Assembly (NCBI GenBank): GCA_051530055.1
Contig: CM121341.1
Location: 17,896,784 to 17,960,783, forward strand
Direction of reading: 5' to 3'
DNA from: Neoechinorhynchus agilis
Taxonomy: Eukaryota > Animalia > Acanthocephala
DNA: 64,000 nt
Shown here: positions 47,930 to 59,907 of the stretch, piece after piece
How the letters are laid out: every line of letters starts with the position of its first letter
How positions within the stretch are numbered: the stretch's first letter is position 1
Position numbers and translations under genes: made by a program
The notes under the pieces: model-generated
Seen by the model: the letters and a program-made list of their open reading frames with translations, nothing else
Databases searched by the model: none
What the model was told of the DNA's origin: nothing

Positions 47930-49580
47930 TCAGGAATCATCAGGGTTGTAATAATCGACACAGTGCGATGGATCTGATGGAAACATTGTCTGAGCTCTTG
48001 TAATCAATCGTTTGACAGCCTGAAGATACTTTCTCTGGTTTTCGTCATTAAGAACATGAGCCACATGCTTGGAAGCAATCTTCTCTCTTCCAGGACGTGG
48101 ATGAATTCCAACATTAGTAGCTCCGATTGGCCAAGGAGCGTTTCCGATCGCTAGCTCGAGGAAATATTCATTGGCGCGACGGTAGTTTCGAAGGAACAAA
48201 CTCCGAACGACGTCACTAAGCGAGTCGAGGATATCGTTGTTCAAGGTCCCTGCCTCTAGCTTATGAAACAAAGACTGAATATAGCTTAAATTTCGACGAT
48301 TTATCCGAAGAAAACAGGCGGGATATACCGTCGGGTTACTGTTTGCTCATAGATTGCCGTTTCCAGTTTCGTACGACTAAATTTCGTATTGGAATCGTCG
48401 TTCAAGCACGTACTTAGCAAGTGCTCATAGTCTCAAAAATCGGCAATAACAATGCAATACTACAAAAAAATATAATAGTTGAGGTCAATCAAAAAATTAT
48501 AAGGCACCTTTTAAACGGTGCCATTGGAGGAGCGGTCACTGAAACAATTTTTTGAAGTACCGTATCCGTTCAAGAAAATTCAAACTGAAAAATATCTACG
48601 CAAAATGTCGATATGCTAGTTACCAGGGTATGTGATTAGAAGTGTTGTTTTGGTCTTCATCCGACAGAGAATTTATTAAAGACGTTTCAAACCTTATTTT
48701 ACATAGTAAAAACTTAGAAACAAACTGATGATAAACCCGACGAGGTTCAAAACGTCTCTAGAAACTAAATGTTTACCGGGTGAATATCTAAATAACACTT
48801 CTAACATACGTAAAAATTGTGGAAAAACTCAAAATGGAAATTAAATGGTCAAAAACAATAAGGCAAAAAAAAGAAACAAAAACTAAGTACCATCTTGAAA
48901 AAACAAGATCCAAAATTTTAAGAACATAATGCGTTTCACCAAATTCTAATAATTAACTATCAGCACTTACGAATACCCCACTCATGGACTAAATATTTGA
49001 AATATGCAAGAACGACATTGGAGTCCAGAGAAGTCCGCTCCTTTTTAGCCACGATTACCTGCGCAATCTCTTTTAAAGTCATACTTAGATCAATAACCTC
49101 CACTCTCTTTCGAGTTTTCTTCGATTCAGTTCCACTGGCATCCTTGCTAGTATCTTCATGGTATAATTCATTCAAGAACTTCTCTTCTACTTTATCCAAT
49201 GCAGCCCGGAAATCATTACGCTGACCTCGCATTTCAGGTTCACGGAGTTCCATTGCTTGAAGACGCTTCCACACATCCCTATCAGATTCTCCAAAAAGCC
49301 TAATCGGTTCCATTCGAACTCTTAACCGGCGTACGATATCAGCCATTGGTGGGATAGTGGACAAGTCGTCTTCTACACGAGTCGATCTTTGCGAATCTCG
49401 AAAGTGTTCACTGAGTAAATCCTTCTCTCGAGACTTCTTTGCTACTTTTTCGCTAATACGTTTTAAATATTCCTGGTATTCACGCTCATGAAGTTCTGAA
49501 CGTTTGAAATACTTTTTTGAACCGGATAAATCTGCAGCCTGTTTTCGTTTACGAGCCAACTCTTCTTTCAAGATGTCCAT
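47930..49580 (-). CDS. PRPF18: Pre-mRNA splicing factor 18, three exons
   Basis: MDILKEELARKRK, EPIRLFGESD, LAIGNAPWPIG, IHPRPGREKIASKHVAHVLNDE.QRKY; a middle exon of about 74 nt lies between two non-canonical interruptions. Confidence 0.93.
48287..48338 (-). other. TA-bounded, inverted-repeat intervening sequence in PRP18 (second)
   Basis: ACA G[TA]acccgacg...cgtcgaaatt[TA] AGC joins to EQTVSYIQSL; 11/13 stem. Confidence 0.7.
48411..48975 (-). other. TA-bounded, inverted-repeat intervening sequence in PRP18 (first)
   Basis: TGG GG[TA]ttcgtaagtgct...agcacttgctaag[TA]CG joins to EWGTCLND; 14/17 stem. Confidence 0.75.
48700..48810 (+). repeat. Degenerate hammerhead-bearing repeat nested inside the first PRP18 intervening sequence
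   Basis: acaaactgatgataaacccgacgaggttcaaaacgtc...tttaccgggtgaa; GAAA mutated to AAAA. Confidence 0.7.
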
Positions 49581-49767
49581 TTTGATGATAATCTTTTAAA
49601 CATACATAATGACAAATTAAGTATATGTTCTAGATGTCAGAATACTAAAAATCGAAATTAGTACGATTTTATCCGTAAAAATATGATGCCCAAAGCATGC
49701 AAAAATGGATCTCTTATCACTGACATTTACTACTCTCAATTTTATATCAGTTTGAAAAGATAAATTG

Positions 49768-49929
49768 TTATTTGTTGATAGGAGAGATAAATGAAATTAA
49801 GATTTTTATTGGAGATTTCGATCCACTATCTCGGATCTTCTTCAGCGATTGCTTGTAAGTTTTTGAGATAGTGGATCGAAATATCCAATAAAAATCTTAA
49901 TTTCATTTATCTCTCCTACCAACAAATAA
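49768..49929. repeat. Palindrome with a hammerhead core complete on the minus strand only
   Basis: Arms about 63 bp; minus strand reads CTGAAGA-a-GATCC-gagatagt-GGATC-GAAA-tc-TC. Confidence 0.75.
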
Positions 49930-49944
49930 ATTTTTTTATATCTT

Positions 49945-50088
49945 TATGTTCTTTGGTGATGAAAAGAATAGATATTGATTTATCTCCTACTCTGGCCAAT
50001 AGAGCAACCTGAAGAAGTCCGACGAGACGGACGAAATATTGAGAACATTAAATCAATATCTATTTTTATAATCACGAAAGAAAACATA
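49945..50088. repeat. Imperfect palindrome enclosing a plus-strand hammerhead core
   Basis: atagatattgattta/taaatcaatatctat arms around CTGAAGA-a-GTCC-gacgagac-GGAC-GAAA-ta-TT. Confidence 0.65.
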
Positions 50089-50574
50089 TAAATGAACAAC
50101 TTTTTATATCTCGGTCGCGAGAATTAGAGGATCGATTGATATAAGACACATTTTGATATCGGAACATCATTTTATCATTATCGATCGACTCTCACATGAC
50201 AGCGTCGATCAATTGCGTATTTCGATTGTTCGGCGATAAACCCAAAAGACGAAAAATAAAAATTTGAGACGTCCAAGAGTATTAACGTCGACCTTTGATT
50301 GAATGTTTCTTCATTCTCGATTTGTTATTTTCTGGCGGAGAAATTAAAATGAATTTATTTTCAAAAATCCGATTGATTTCGGAGGTACAATCTTGTGCGC
50401 CTTTTGATCAAGGTTGTAATCGGCTAACGAGCTCCTACTGCAAAAACAGCTTCTTAACTTTCTCACTTATATCGAAACAATTCACAACCTTGATCAAAAG
50501 GCGTAAGAGATTGTGCTTCCGAAATCAATCGGATTTTTGAAAATAAAATCATTTTAATTTATCCTTTTCGTCCC

Positions 50575-50760
50575 ATTCTGCAATTGTCGTCATGATTGTT
50601 CGGCAGCTTCCTTGATGGCCGCGGCATTGCCGCGTTGGACCGCCACACTGATTCGCTGCATCAGGAAGCTGCTGGAGCGCATGTCGCCGGTGGCATATTT
50701 CAGCATCTTTCCCAGTCCCGAACGCCAGAAAACAACCAATACTAACAGTCCAATCTTCAA
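50575..50760 (-). mobile_element. CRE family D 3' fragment
   Basis: Reverse complement closely matches 29400-29540 (ATGDMRSSSFL.QRIS). Confidence 0.75.
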
Positions 50761-50761
50761 A

Positions 50762-50960
50762 CATTTCGAGCGCTCGGCAGCTCGGCACTCTCTCTGCTCA
50801 AGGATCTCTCGAAGAAATTGAGAGAGGCAACCGGAGACTCAAGAGCAGGCTTATTTCTTCGACAAAATATCTCGCTGGCAGTACAACGGGGCAATGCTGC
50901 CAGCGTGATGGCGACGGTCGAGGAAGGACAAAAGCTGGAATTTGGTGGGAGGTGGTGAAT
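50762..50960 (+). mobile_element. CRE family A 3' fragment
   Basis: Closely matches 40975-41165. Confidence 0.8.
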
Positions 50961-51357
50961 GTAAAGAAAAGTAAACTTCAAAAAATAAACAATAATGTTA
51001 CAACTAATAAAATCAATTAAACTATAACTGCCTACATCACCACACCCGACTAATCTCGCAATAAATCATAACTACTTGTAAAAAAGATTCCGTGATGCAT
51101 CAATGACAACATATGGATTCTTCTGGCGATTTGCTACTGATTACGTCATTATGGCCCTTGGGATCTCCCTGAAAATCACTGATTAATTTTATCGAGAAAA
51201 TGCAATTATCGTTTGGCGAATGCAAAACAATGAATGATCGATACTTTTTTTGTTGTTTATGTATCGATGCACCTTGCCACGCTGATTTCTAACAGGCAAA
51301 TATTGATCCTGTGCGTAGAAAGCGAATGTCTGTGCATATTTATCCTGGACGTGATTA

Positions 51358-52570
51358 ATGGCTTCGATTGGACGTTTTGCTCGGGATGCGTTATCATCAG
51401 TTCGCCAAAATCAAGTATATCGATCAGTCGAGACTCATTGCATGTCGAAAGGGCAAAATAAGAAACTTCGATGGATAGCAATTTTGCTCAATTCAATTCT
51501 AGTCCTTAGTGGAATTACCGTTGCGATCGTCGGACTTTTAGTAAGTCAAAACCACCAGATTGAACTCTTAGAGAGCGCCGTTGGTGTTGTTGCGGACGTG
51601 ATAATTTCGTTGATTCTCCATTGGCCATTGTTGGAATCGGTTTTTTTGTGATTTTAAATCAAAAATTCAATTTCATTCTAGCGTGATTGTCCATTTATCA
51701 AAAATTAATTGGGCAAAGAGATTAATTTTTGTAAAATGTTGAAGTTTTTCTGTTCTTTCAATTTCATTCTGTTCGAAATTTGAACGACATTAGGTGTTCA
51801 AAAAGTAGAAACTTCACTTTCTATTTGGCATTCTTAAATGCCATCTAAAAGGATTATTTTGGATGTGTTTAGTTTTTGCTTAGAACCATTCCTAGTAGAA
51901 TTTCTTATAAAGCGAGAATCCAGCGAAAATCGAAGATGACGATATTGAATCTCTTGACAATGCAACAATTATTCCGCCCAAAGGTGGAACGAGATTATGG
52001 ATTAGACCGTTTGCTATTATGGGCGTCATTCTTTCAATCGCTATCATTTTCACAAGTATGTTAGGATTTATCGCAGTAGTCAGTAACAAAAGATGGGTCC
52101 TTTATCTGCACTCGGCATTTATCATTGGCGTATGTACTGCTCAAATACTGGCTACAATCATCATGATGATTAATCGGCAGAGTATCCTTCGAAACCAACT
52201 AAAGCTTTTGACCATTTTGCACAAGAGAGCCAATCGCACTGGATCTCTAGTCAGTCGCCACATCGTTTACACGATTCAAAAGGCATTTTCATGTTGTGGA
52301 ATAGAAAGTGTTGAGTCCTTGGACAATTTCAATCGCATAAAATGTAAAGCTGGAAAGGAAGGAATTGGCATCACGAAAACTCTATTGAGCATGATAAGCA
52401 GTGGTACGTCTGCCCATAATGTGATTGGATGTGGACCAAGGATTTCTGCATTCTTTTATAGGCATGTTACCACCATCGCCGTTTTCTCCTTCCTTTTCGT
52501 ATTTATTCAAGTTACCTGTGCTATTATTTCAATGTCCATCGCTTTATTTGGGAATAGAACAAGAAGTTGA
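51358..52570 (+). CDS. Tetraspanin, two exons
   Basis: Four hydrophobic segments and FSCCG in the large loop; interrupted between about 51603 and 51912-51932. Confidence 0.8.
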
Positions 52571-52739
52571 AATTAAACTGGGGTTTTATTAATAAAATTA
52601 GTTCGTAGAATATCTTAAGCGCGGGTGGAATATACTGGAAAGCTTCAATACAATTCCTTAAGTTGCCTCGAATATAACGGTACTCAATAGTGAATTTTTT
52701 CAAGAAAAAGTGATGATTAACTAATTCTGTAAGCTTACC

Positions 52740-54110
52740 AACATTCACACCACCGCTCTGGGTCACACAGCCGCCGTCCTAGCGTAACGGTCGAAAGGAA
52801 GGATGTAGCGTTGGCCCGTTGCACAGCCAGACTTATGTTTTGTAGGAGGAATGCTTCTGCCTTGGATCGCCAGTGATTCGTTTGATTCTCTTGGACAATG
52901 TAATGACCGTGGTATTGACGCCAAAGGGAAGGAAATAATGATTTCGACCAGGTTCCAGTACTTTGTCTTTTTGCGGTCCTCAGTGGCAGTTGCTGCTCCC
53001 CCTGGTTTAACGGCGGCGAATTTTATGTTGTTGGCTGCGAACTTGGCGTCCAAGAGAGGGCATTTGCTATCTAGTCACGGAAATAATGTGACACCGTCCG
53101 ATTTATGGTCGGACGCTTTCACAGTATTTAGGGCACAACTAAGAATTGCGTTCACTTCGACGTGTCGTGGGTGCCTTTCGTCTGATTGCAGAAAGATGAG
53201 ACCATGTCGTCCAGAGGGCTCCAAGGTCGCTCTCAAACGGCAGCTATGGGATGTGCACATCTGTACCCAAGTCTCAGGGACAAACAATCAAAAGGCTTCT
53301 CAAACCAGCACCACATTTTTTACTTAATTTTATTCTCCTGAAACACCCAATTCATTTAATCCGTCCCAAACTGTTTTTTTGCAACTATTGATGGGTACCT
53401 GCTCGCTGCCTGAATCATCACACCAAAGATTAAGATCTTCCACGAAATCTCCATCCAAAGTGTTATTCTCGCCAAGAAAAGACTGAACTATATTGCGGCT
53501 CGCTTCATACGATCCCAAATAAGCTGACAGAGAAATATCAGCTGCTTTTCAAATACCCAAAGCGCCGGAGGACACAGACAAGGACGCTTGACGCCAGGCC
53601 TCATCCGACAGCTGAGTATTTAAAAAAATTCGAGAGGCTTTTACCGTCTCTTCTAATTTTGCCTCTGCGCAGCTTATGCAGCGATTTTGGAGTGAAGATG
53701 TTGCTCTTGATCAGAAACAGGGCCCCGCGTGAAGATAATTCATTAACTCGTTCGCACAGCACCCAATGCTGTGATTGAAAATTGGCAATCTCTACTTCAA
53801 CATTAGAACCGAAAGTGCAACTTCCTAGAAGACTCAACCGGTCCAGAGTGACCAATTCTATTCCGAGGGCCAGTTTCTGAAAATCTTTCACGATAGTTTC
53901 CACGTTCATCACTAAAATCTCGCATTTCACAGCATTCAATTCAATGCCAATTTTCGCTGTCTCCTTCACGAGTGTCTTCAAATCGCGCAGTACAACAGAG
54001 GGATTACCTCCGAGCGTGGCATCGTCCAGAGAGTGCGCGACGATATTGACTGTGAATGAGAAGGATATTGATCCCAAAGTATCCCCTTCCAAAAAACGTG
54101 GTCATTGAAT
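52740..54110 (-). mobile_element. CRE family B RT and endonuclease fragment, disrupted
   Basis: LDDATLGGNP, ELNAVKC, glgi-like segment, RHVEVNAILSCAL, KRKKTKY, family-B 3' tail. Confidence 0.8.
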
Positions 54111-55359
54111 AACCAAGGAATTAACGTCCCATTAGGCATTAACGAAATAGCGAAATGCTTCTGGCGTGTGATCTCTAACTACTTCGAGCAAATCTGCTCG
54201 GTAAACTGTGTTGAATGCATTTTGAAATCACATTTCAAGATCAAGCACGGTTTTGAGTTTTCGGTAATGAATGTACGGAGTGAATGAACGATCGCCTTTA
54301 TGCCGCTTCAAAAATGCAGGAACGTGTACAAACTATTATATTGATTTGGCGAAGCGTAGTACTATATCATTTATATCATCGAACTTACTGTCACCGTTTG
54401 AAGAGTTTCGGTTGTATATTCAGAACGGTTATCGATCGAATTAGTCGATTTTTATATGCCATGCTAGCTACGAAGTGATATCTTAGCTTAATGACTAATG
54501 AAATCATTGTTAGCAATAAACTTAAAATTGCGAGTAAAGCATCGCTTATTTTTAATCAGGAGTTTCTTCATCCATCGGAACTTATTTTAAGTCGCTGTAT
54601 GTTGATTACACACTTTCGAAGCGTCCGATTTCTAAATCCTACGAGGTTCTAGCTATTGTTATTTTCAATCTAAAGCATTTCTAAAAAACAATGAAATTTT
54701 TGGTTTTGTGTCTCAATATTTTATCTTAACGTTTGTTCAATGCTAAACTTTTTGTGAAATGTGCCAGTTCCTTTTGCTTTACAGACATTCATATTTAATT
54801 ATCTGCACTCGTAGTAGTGCATTCAAGAAGAATAATTGATAGTGACATTCTCCAAGATGTGTTTATTAACGCATGAAATACGATTCCAACCGTCTTGATT
54901 TTGATATCGAGCGGAAGTAAAGATTAAGAGGTACTAAAAACTTGAGTAGTGTCATTATGTGAATCACAGTTAAAAACTATCATCCTCTGCACCTACCCTC
55001 AGCAAATTTCGTAGGTGGGAGCTTGAGTCACGCAATGTAATACTTTAAGCACTTCAAGACAACTTATATTGGTTGAATCTTTTGTGAGAAATTTGTTATG
55101 ATCTATTAACACATCAGATTGAGAAACATATTTTCACGACCTTTAAACTTGTCCACTGAATATTTTTTTATGAGATTGAAGAGATGGACCACAGTGTTCG
55201 ACGAAATTTTAGTTTACTCAGAAGTGCTTTTAAGAATAACAAGTATAGAGATTGTCTAGGACAAAGGTTAATTAGAAGTCCATCCGGTGAAATTTCATTG
55301 CACTGCTGTTTGTGTATTCTTTAGTCGTTTAATGTAAATCAAGGTTCAAAGTTTAAAAG

Positions 55360-56066
55360 ATGGGTGATGTGAACACAAAAACTAAGTCACAGTTAACGGA
55401 AGGGATAATATCCTACCTTCAGAGTAAAACTAATCTTACAAGAGCGGAGGTTTGTTTTTAGTAATTCGTTGATAAAAAATTTATTTTCGTACAGATTGAA
55501 GAATGGCACGAAGAGTTTTTGGAAGATTGTCCAAGTGGAAAACTTGATAAAAAGATGTTCCGAAAAATGATGAAAAAATCTTTAACTTCGAAAGGAAATG
55601 CTGAGAAATTCTGCGATATTGCATTTCGAGCATTTGACAAAGACGATAGCGGATATATACCGGGTCGATTTATAGTTGTCGGTCGGTCATGAACTATGAA
55701 CGGACCTCTTTAGATTTCCAAGAATTCATGTTAGTCTTTGCAGCCAACGATAACGGTAACGATGTTTGTCCTTATTTTTCCACATTCGATCCAACATTTA
55801 TTTAAGAAAAATTAGCTAACCTATTTGATGTTTTTGATATCGATAAAAACGGTACAATTGAGTTCGAAGAGATGGTCTCTGTCTTTACTGCCCTTAATGA
55901 CATGAACGGAATTCACAATGATGGAGAAAGTGACCCCAGAGTTAGAGCTGAAAAGATTATGCGAAATATGGATAAATCAAATAACACGGGGTTAACAAAA
56001 GCGGAATTCTTTGCCTGCTGCGTTAAAGATAAGAACACTAAGAATCTATTTCCATTCGATTCTTGA
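55360..56066 (+). CDS. Neuronal calcium sensor family EF-hand protein (neurocalcin/recoverin-like)
   Basis: MGDVNT myristoylation-type start, EEWHEEFLEDCPSGKL, FRAFDKDDSGYI-DFQEF, FDVFDIDKNGTIEFEEM; two GT-AG introns plus one non-canonical interruption. Confidence 0.88.
55658..55712 (+). other. TA-bounded, inverted-repeat intervening sequence in the NCS gene
   Basis: TAT A[TA]ccgggtc...gacctctt[TA] GAT restores the 12-residue EF-hand loop DKDDSGYIDFQE; 10/13 stem. Confidence 0.75.
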
Positions 56067-58109
56067 CTATTGATATTTTCTCGAGAAAGTGAGCTAATAA
56101 ATTTTATGCTCTTGGGTATAGGATGAGTCGCATGTTAAACCTCATAAATTTAGACTTAATCAAATAATATTTCAAACCAGTGAAGTTCTAAAAAATAAGG
56201 AACATGTTACAAATGTCAGAGGTTAAAAGAATCTTGCAAGAGGCTAATGTCGAGATTCCCAATATCTTCCCATTAATACAGCAATATGTCAAAATGATGC
56301 TTTAAAGGTTTAGGTTTTTATCTTGTGATCCATGGGTCGATGTAAAAATGGAGTTTCAAGTTCACAAAATTCAATTGATTTAAATAATTTGAGTTGGTTA
56401 ACAGCAAAGGATGCTAGTTGGCAGTGTACCATTTTTTTGGTTCAAAATTTTGCATATGGGACCAATAAATATGTCAAGTAGGCTTGCTGACGAATGACGA
56501 GAAATTTTAGCTGTACAAGAAGACTGCACTGAACAATGCTTTTAACTTGGCGAAGCGAAAACTAAGTTTGACAAAACTCTACAATATAAGCCATGCAAAG
56601 CACATTGACGATAACGGCTAAGTTTAATAAAGAAATTCTTAAAATCTGTGTCACTAGTATGTAAAATCCGGATATGATTCCAAAGCGGCATTTTGTAATT
56701 GATGAAACTACGCTTTTATAACAAAACCCCAATTAAATGTGTCTATTTATTGGTACGCTAACAAAAAATTTAGAACAGTGAGTTGAGCGTGAAAGTGCGC
56801 AATGTTTCGCGCATCAAGACTTTCACAATGAAATGTAGTGATGCGCGCTATTCAATGTAGAGTTTTCCTAAGTTGTCCCATAGTGATGATTGGCAATGTG
56901 AATTGGCCACAAATACTTTCAATTTATTAAAGGTTCATTTTGCCAAATGACTGTAAGAATGGTATTGTAAGGAAACTATGATTATGAATTCTTTGTTTCA
57001 ATATTTTCTACGAAATTAAGCGTCGATTCTGAAGACCCCAAATTTTAACAAAGGTAAACAAATTGCTAAAATGGAGATTTGCCCACAGTATTAGAAACTT
57101 TTTGTAAACATTGAAAGAAAATGAACAAATTAACGATAAAATAATTTTATGATGCTCCACTGCCTCAATAAATTTAAAAATTTATATCACCGTTTTGACT
57201 CTTACTCTTGCACATTAATTAAAATTTTAAATATTCTTTAGGTCACCGGTATTCATTGATTGGCAACTGACAACATTCTTACTTGTATATAAGTTTGCCT
57301 GGTTTAAAAAAATGAAATCTCGACATCCCGTGAACTCTTTATGCTTTACGGATGTCGCCTCCAATATCAAGATATATTTCTCTCTTCGCGACAACATATT
57401 TCCATCACAGACGATGGAATTAGAAAGTTCGAGACAATTTACATGTCGCAAAAACACGGCCTAAGAGAATGTCAAATATCGCTAAGCTCGAGATCTTAGC
57501 CAAAAAACTATTTTTTTTACGAAGCCAAGTATTATTGGTACATTGTGAGCCTCAGCATCTTAATTTATGCGAGGTGCAAAACAAACGGAGTTTTCGCACT
57601 GGTGAATTCCACCATTTAATACGTACTTGTCGATATCCGAGTAACCGGGGTATATGATTAGACTTATTGTTTAGGTCCTAACCCAATAAAGAATTTTCTA
57701 TTGAAAACGTTTTGAATTTCGTCGGGTTCATCATCACTTTGTTTGCTGAGCAAAATTACAAGTAAGCTTTTCTAATTGAGGTTAGCAATGAAAAATTATT
57801 TACCGGCTGAAGAACTAAATAACACTTGTTTTAAAATATCTAAAAATATAATGGCAAGTATTCTCACTATCTTTAAAGACCTTCTTCCACCACAACGAGT
57901 AAGATCCCTTCATTCATTCTATTATATCTTCTCTAATACTTCATATGCCATTTTCAAGAAAAGGAGCATTAAAGTGGCACCGATCGAATAAGCAAAATGG
58001 CTCAATTCTTTCGAAAGGTGAACCGGACTTGGGCCGACTACAGATAATGCTCATAATGTATCAGAAATTCTAGTTTTGAAATTAAAAATGTTCATTCTCT
58101 AGTTTGAAT

Positions 58110-58720
58110 TAAAATTGAAGGCATCTAAGAATTTATCTTGTAATTCTCTGAAGAAGTTTGACAACACATAATGCCCATAATATAATAAAAACTCTGATTC
58201 TTTAATCAAAAATTTCTCTAATCTGGTTTAAATAAAATTGAAGACATTTAACAATTTTTCTTTTAATTTTTTGACGAAGTTTGACAACACATCATGCCCA
58301 TAATATAATAAGAACTCTAATTCTGAAATCAAAAATTTCGCTAATCTGGTTAAAATAAAATTGAAGACATTTAACAATTTTCCTTTAATTTCTTGAAGTT
58401 TGAAAACACACCATGTCCATAATATAATAAAACCAATAATTCTGAAATCAAAAATTTCTTTAATCTGGTTTAAATAAAATTGAGGACATATAGCAAGGTT
58501 TCTTTTAATTTTTTGAAGAAGTTTGACAACATATCACGTCCATAATATAATAAGAACTCCAATTCTTAAATCAAAAATTTCTCTAATCTGGTTTAAATAA
58601 AATTGAAGACATTTAACAATTTTTCTTTTAATTTTTTGAAGAAGTTTGACAACACATCATGTCCATAATATAATAAGAACTCCAATTCTTAAATCAAAAA
58701 TTTCTCTAATCTGGTTTAAT
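58110..58720. repeat. Tandem array of about five AT-rich units of about 120-123 bp
   Basis: gaagtttgacaacac recurs near 58153, 58276, 58395, 58518 and 58641. Confidence 0.85.
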
Positions 58721-59907
58721 TAATGAGGAGAATAAGATTTTAAGACATGCCTAATATGGAATTGTGACGTGATTAGAAACGTTTTAAACGTATTTAAGAG
58801 AAGAACGTTGATGTTATCGTTGATATTTCTTTCAAGTCGATCTTACACTTGTGGCTCAACGTGCTTATATTACAACACATTGTTAGCCCTGACTCGAGTC
58901 TTTAGCGTAATATCTAGCTCCTTCGATAAAATGTTTGTTAAATTTTTATCGCTAAATAAAGAAGTCACTTTGGTTCGATTTTTAAATTCAGTTTCAACAT
59001 AAAACTGATCAAGGAACCCGATCAATCGTTCTCAAGTAGGACAGAGTTTGTACTGCTTCGAAACAAAAATAAGAACAGCTTGATCTAGTTAATATTTATA
59101 ATGAATTTCTTAATAAGTCTCATTTCTCAATGCCTGCGACAAATCCTCACTTTTTCGGGCACTTTCATCTTATTACGCTTTGTCAAATCTGCGATTTTGA
59201 ACGAATTCTAGCTTCAAAACTATCTTATTGAGCATTCGCTCCAGCAAAGGAACTGAATCTTTCGAGTTACATTTAATCTAGAAAGCAAATTTGCGAGTCC
59301 AACAACTACATTTTGCACGAAACATTCGTATGAGCTACTTTCCAACTCTTTGAATCGAGGATCAAAACTATCAGTGGCTATTTAAGTCCTCTTGTTTTTC
59401 ACGGTTCACTACTAATAGTAGTCGTGTGTCTTCTTGAAGGCTCTAAAAACTTACTGAAAATGTTAATATTGTGTTCAAATCAGAAATAAAATATTTGACA
59501 ATGATACACAAATCATAAGGATGACAATAGTTTTTATGAAAGGACACATCAATATATCGAAGCAAGAACTCTCGTAATTAGTCATTTTTATTTATTTTCA
59601 GTTTTCATTTTTAATCTTATAGTTTTAGGTTTTTATCACCGAAGAAAACAAAATTCTCTGTTAGTTGGGTTTCAACATTTCGTTCATCGAACAGAATTTG
59701 GCCGCAAATTTTGCATGTTTCTAAACTAGGACAGGTAATGTGACAGCGAAACGTCAACCATTATTTATAAGCTAAACCCCTCCCGTCAAGGTTGAAGAAT
59801 AAAAAAAATTCATTGTAGGCAAATACTCAGGTTAGATAAATATCCCATCTTCTTAATGTTATTATGAAATTCTGTTGAATTATACGCTCACGATGATTGT
59901 AGATATC

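Noticed and set aside
8845-52790. Recurrent 40-60 bp motif cattcacaccaccgctc...gccgtcct as a CRISPR-like or regulatory repeat
   Set aside because: Copies are dispersed, in both orientations, and continuous with CRE family B coding ends; they are 5'-truncated retrocopies.
55758-55806. Third NCS intron read as another TA/hairpin element (weak atgtt/aacat pairing)
   Set aside because: A good in-frame GT-AG reading (gtaacg...tttaag) exists and the stem is only about 5 bp.
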